DNA of 64,000 bases from the NCBI GenBank assembly GCA_030529825.1, contig JAUMWD010000008.1, positions 321 through 64,320 of the forward strand. The letters are read 5' to 3'. Each line of letters starts with the position of its first letter. Position 1 is the stretch's first letter. The stretch comes from Bacillota bacterium. Its GTDB lineage: Bacteria > Bacillota > Clostridia > Oscillospirales > Oscillospiraceae. Below are positions 61,777 to 64,000 of the stretch, piece by piece. A model generated the notes under the pieces. That model worked only from the letters and a program-made list of their open reading frames with translations. It had not been told where the DNA came from and ran no database searches. Made by a program: the position numbers and the translations under genes.

Positions 61777-62619
61777 GTGAAATATCTCATTGCAGGCGGT
61801 GATGAGCGCATGGTCTGCGCCGCCGCCGTACTTGCCGCTGCGGGAAACGAGGTTCTTTCCCTGGGCATGGAAAAGGCCAGCCTGCCCGACAGCGTTCGGA
61901 AGGCCTACGAAGCCGAAGGCGCCGACTGCGTAATCCTTCCCCTGCCTGCGGAATCAAGCCGTGGCGGAGCTATCAACGCCCCGTTTTCAAGAGGCAACAT
62001 CAGTATTTCCGGGCTTTTGGATAAGCTGCCCGAAAACACCCTTGTCTGCGGCGGAAAAATCAGCGGAGGACTGAAGTACGAGGCACGGATCAGAGGACTC
62101 CCCATCGTAGACTACATGACGCGCCCCGAGCTTGTGACGGGCAACGCCGCCATTACCGCGGAGGCCGCCCTATGTCTGCTCATGCAGCGCACGGATTTTT
62201 CCCTGTTCGGGCGCAGCGCCCTTGTAATCGGCTACGGAAGAATAGGTCGGATTTTGTCAGATAAGCTCCGTGCTCTCGGTGTGAAAACCTATGTCATGTC
62301 ACGCAATGCGGACTCCCGTGCTCTGGCGGAGGCTTTAGGCTGCATTGCCCTTGCCCCTGCGGACACTCTGCCGCCTCTTGACATGGTCATCAACACCGCG
62401 CCTGCACCTGTTTTGACGACACTCGAAGCCCTTTGTTCCCCCTGTCTTCTGTTAGAGCTTGCCTCGGCTCCCGGAGGACTTGATTCCGCAGAGGCCTTCC
62501 GTTTGGGCCACCGCTATTTTGCCGCCCCGGGGCTGCCGGGAAAGTATGCGCCGAAAACCGCCGGCGCGCTGATTGCGGAAACGGTTATGAAAATTGTAAA
62601 GGAGCATGAAAATGAGTAA
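61777..62619 (+). CDS. spoVFA: Dipicolinate synthase subunit A
   Basis: 280 aa from GTG 61777 (AAGGAG SD 7 nt upstream); VKYLIAGGDERM and VIGYGRIGR Rossmann motifs. Confidence 0.8.
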   Translation: MKYLIAGGDERMVCAAAVLAAAGNEVLSLGMEKASLPDSVRKAYEAEGADCVILPLPAESSRGGAINAPFSRGNISISGLLDKLPENTLVCGGKISGGLKYEARIRGLPIVDYMTRPELVTGNAAITAEAALCLLMQRTDFSLFGRSALVIGYGRIGRILSDKLRALGVKTYVMSRNADSRALAEALGCIALAPADTLPPLDMVINTAPAPVLTTLEALCSPCLLLELASAPGGLDSAEAFRLGHRYFAAPGLPGKYAPKTAGALIAETVMKIVKEHENE

Positions 62620-63181
62620 ACCTCGTGTGGGGCTGGCGCTTTGCGGCTCCTACTGTACATACGATAAGCTCTTTAATGAGCTTCCGGAGCTCGCGGAAAA
62701 ATACGACATCATCCCCATTATGAGCGACACCGCGGCACACACGGACAGCCGCTTCGGAAAGGCAGAGGATTTCAAGGGCAGGCTCACCGCCCTGACGGGA
62801 CACCCCGTTGCGGAAACCGTCGTTGACGCGGAGCCCTTAGGCCCGTCAGCGCCCATGGACGCCCTCATAATCGCACCCTGCACGGGCAACACCCTTGCAA
62901 AGCTCGCCGCAGGCATCACCGACAGCGCCGTCACCATGGCGGCAAAGGCTCATCTGCGAAACGGCAGGCCTCTGATAATCGCCTTTTCCACCAACGACGG
63001 TCTTTCGGGCTCGGCTAAAAACATTGGCGAGCTTCTAAACCGCAAAGGCTATTACTTTGTCCCCTTCCGTCAGGACGATTTTGCAAAAAAGCCCCGTTCT
63101 CTCGCCTCCGATTTTTCATTAATCGGCGAAACCCTTGAGGCGGCACTTTGCGGAAAACAGCTTCAACCCATTATTCTTTAA
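62606..63181 (+). CDS. spoVFB: Dipicolinate synthase subunit B (flavoprotein)
   Basis: 191 aa; GLALCGSYCTY and APCTGNTLAKLA motifs; overlaps spoVFA by 14 nt. Confidence 0.85.
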   Translation: MKMSKPRVGLALCGSYCTYDKLFNELPELAEKYDIIPIMSDTAAHTDSRFGKAEDFKGRLTALTGHPVAETVVDAEPLGPSAPMDALIIAPCTGNTLAKLAAGITDSAVTMAAKAHLRNGRPLIIAFSTNDGLSGSAKNIGELLNRKGYYFVPFRQDDFAKKPRSLASDFSLIGETLEAALCGKQLQPIIL

Positions 63182-63194
63182 GGACGCGCTCAAA

Positions 63195-63210
63195 GTAAAG
63201 CTTGCTTTAC
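63195..63210. promoter_or_regulatory. Perfect 16-bp palindrome GTAAAGCTTGCTTTAC
   Basis: 7+7 inverted repeat with a 2-nt centre, 14 nt after the spoVFB stop and ~145 nt upstream of the GH3 gene; operator-like, no U-run. Confidence 0.35.
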
Positions 63211-63306
63211 AATTTGCATAATATCACAGCTTGCAGGCAATGTCAAGTGCCCTTTACATTTTCTTTTTAAGCGCATCTTGCATTTGTAGCTCTTGCAATA
63301 GGCCGC

Positions 63307-63328
63307 GCCCATACTTTATAATATGGGC
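63307..63328 (+). promoter_or_regulatory. Candidate GH3 promoter -10 (TATAAT 63317-63322) embedded in inverted repeat GCCCATA/TATGGGC
   Basis: TTGCAA - 18 nt - TATAAT. A 7-bp inverted repeat brackets the -10, and an outer cgcgccc/gggcgcg repeat (63304-63310 and 63344-63350) encloses it. Confidence 0.4.
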
Positions 63329-63354
63329 AAATACTCTTTCAAGGGGCGCGAACT

Positions 63355-64000
63355 ATGTCTGATAAGCTGAAAAAAATTTTAGACAGCATGAGCGTGGAGG
63401 AAAAAATCGACCTCTGCGAGGGCAAGGATTACTGGCGCACACGGGCCTATCCCCGATACGATATTCCCTCCGTCATGATGAGTGACGGCCCTCACGGTCT
63501 GCGGAAGCAGCCCGAGGGCAGCGACAATCTGGGCATTAACAAATCCGTTCCCGCGGTGTGTTTTCCCACCGCTGCGGCAACGGCCTGCAGCTGGGACGCG
63601 GAGCTTCTCTCCGAAATCGGCCGCGCCATTGGCGAGGAGGCCCGCGCAAACGGGGTTTCTCTTGTGCTGGGTCCGGGCCTCAACATAAAGCGCAATCCTC
63701 TCTGCGGCAGAAATTTCGAGTATTTCTCCGAGGACCCCTATCTCTCGGGAAAGCTGGCCGCCGCCTATGTAAACGGTCAGAAAAAAGCAGGTGTGGGAAG
63801 CTGCTTAAAGCACTATCTTGCCAATTCCCAGGAGTATAAGCGCTTTTCCTCAAACAGCGTTCTGGATGAGCGCACCCTGCATGAAATCTACCTCACGGGC
63901 TTTGAAATTGCCGTAAAAGAAAGCTCTCCCGCCGCCGTCATGTCCAGCTACAACATCGTTAACGGTGAGCATGTGGGCGACAGTGAAAAGCTTCTGAACA
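63355..64000 (+). CDS. Glycoside hydrolase family 3 beta-glucosidase, N-terminal 215 codons (continues beyond window)
   Basis: Hand translation from ATG 63355: MSDKLKKILDSMSVEEKIDLC...MMSDGPHGLRKQ...GPGLNIKRNPLCGRNFEYFSEDPYL; open to the window end, so absent from the ORF track. Confidence 0.85.
   Translation, partial: MSDKLKKILDSMSVEEKIDLCEGKDYWRTRAYPRYDIPSVMMSDGPHGLRKQPEGSDNLGINKSVPAVCFPTAAATACSWDAELLSEIGRAIGEEARANGVSLVLGPGLNIKRNPLCGRNFEYFSEDPYLSGKLAAAYVNGQKKAGVGSCLKHYLANSQEYKRFSSNSVLDERTLHEIYLTGFEIAVKESSPAAVMSSYNIVNGEHVGDSEKLLN

Noticed and set aside
1-64000. CRISPR arrays, IS elements, rRNA genes, and defence systems (RM, TA, CBASS, retron, Abi).
   Set aside because: There are no regularly spaced direct repeats. 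No ORF has transposase, nuclease, methyltransferase (DNA), reverse-transcriptase or toxin-like motifs. The only RNA gene I could fold is tRNA-Pro.

Overview
This 64-kb chromosomal window appears to be about 50-55% GC by eye, with a strong preference for C/G-ending codons. Its gene content fits a spore-forming Clostridia genome (Oscillospiraceae/Ruminococcaceae-like). The lineage call is an inference from spoVFAB, whiA, SLH domains and gene order, not from any search. I support about 65 protein genes and one tRNA-Pro(UGG). The rest is many Rho-independent terminators and several near-consensus sigma-A promoters.

The core blocks are:
- whiA-rapZ-murB-hprK, rpmB and plsY
- fchA-folD, trkAH and a split transketolase
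- hom-lysC-asd and a TAXI-TRAP transporter
- prfB and pepP-efp
- two tandem D-Ala-D-Ala carboxypeptidases and tcdA
- thyA-folA, spoVFAB and a GH3 glucosidase

I saw no rRNA, CRISPR array, transposase, integrase, reverse transcriptase or recognisable defence gene.

Two stretches look accessory. The first, 43.4-47.4 kb, follows the tRNA-Pro: an AT-rich GyrI-like gene, a hairpin-bracketed carboxylesterase and an AbrB-coupled ABC exporter. The second, 49.5-60.3 kb, holds an LRR lipoprotein, a micro-ORF, an MMPL plus coiled-coil lipoprotein pair, an SLH-anchored lipase and a DUF2975/ABC/DUF1653 operon.

I did not find a convincing, complete new multi-gene system. The most unusual items are:
- a free-standing 19-codon Phe/Trp-rich micro-gene
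- a 108-bp duplication of the prfB 3' end
- a membrane-tethered MerR/zinc-ribbon regulator with a textbook 19-bp-spacer operator
- a divergent surface-lipase / MMPL module
- an array of TTGCAT motifs in the hom/TRAP divergent promoter region

Several ORF-track starts are alternative or over-extended. I trimmed them to the start codon with a Shine-Dalgarno sequence.
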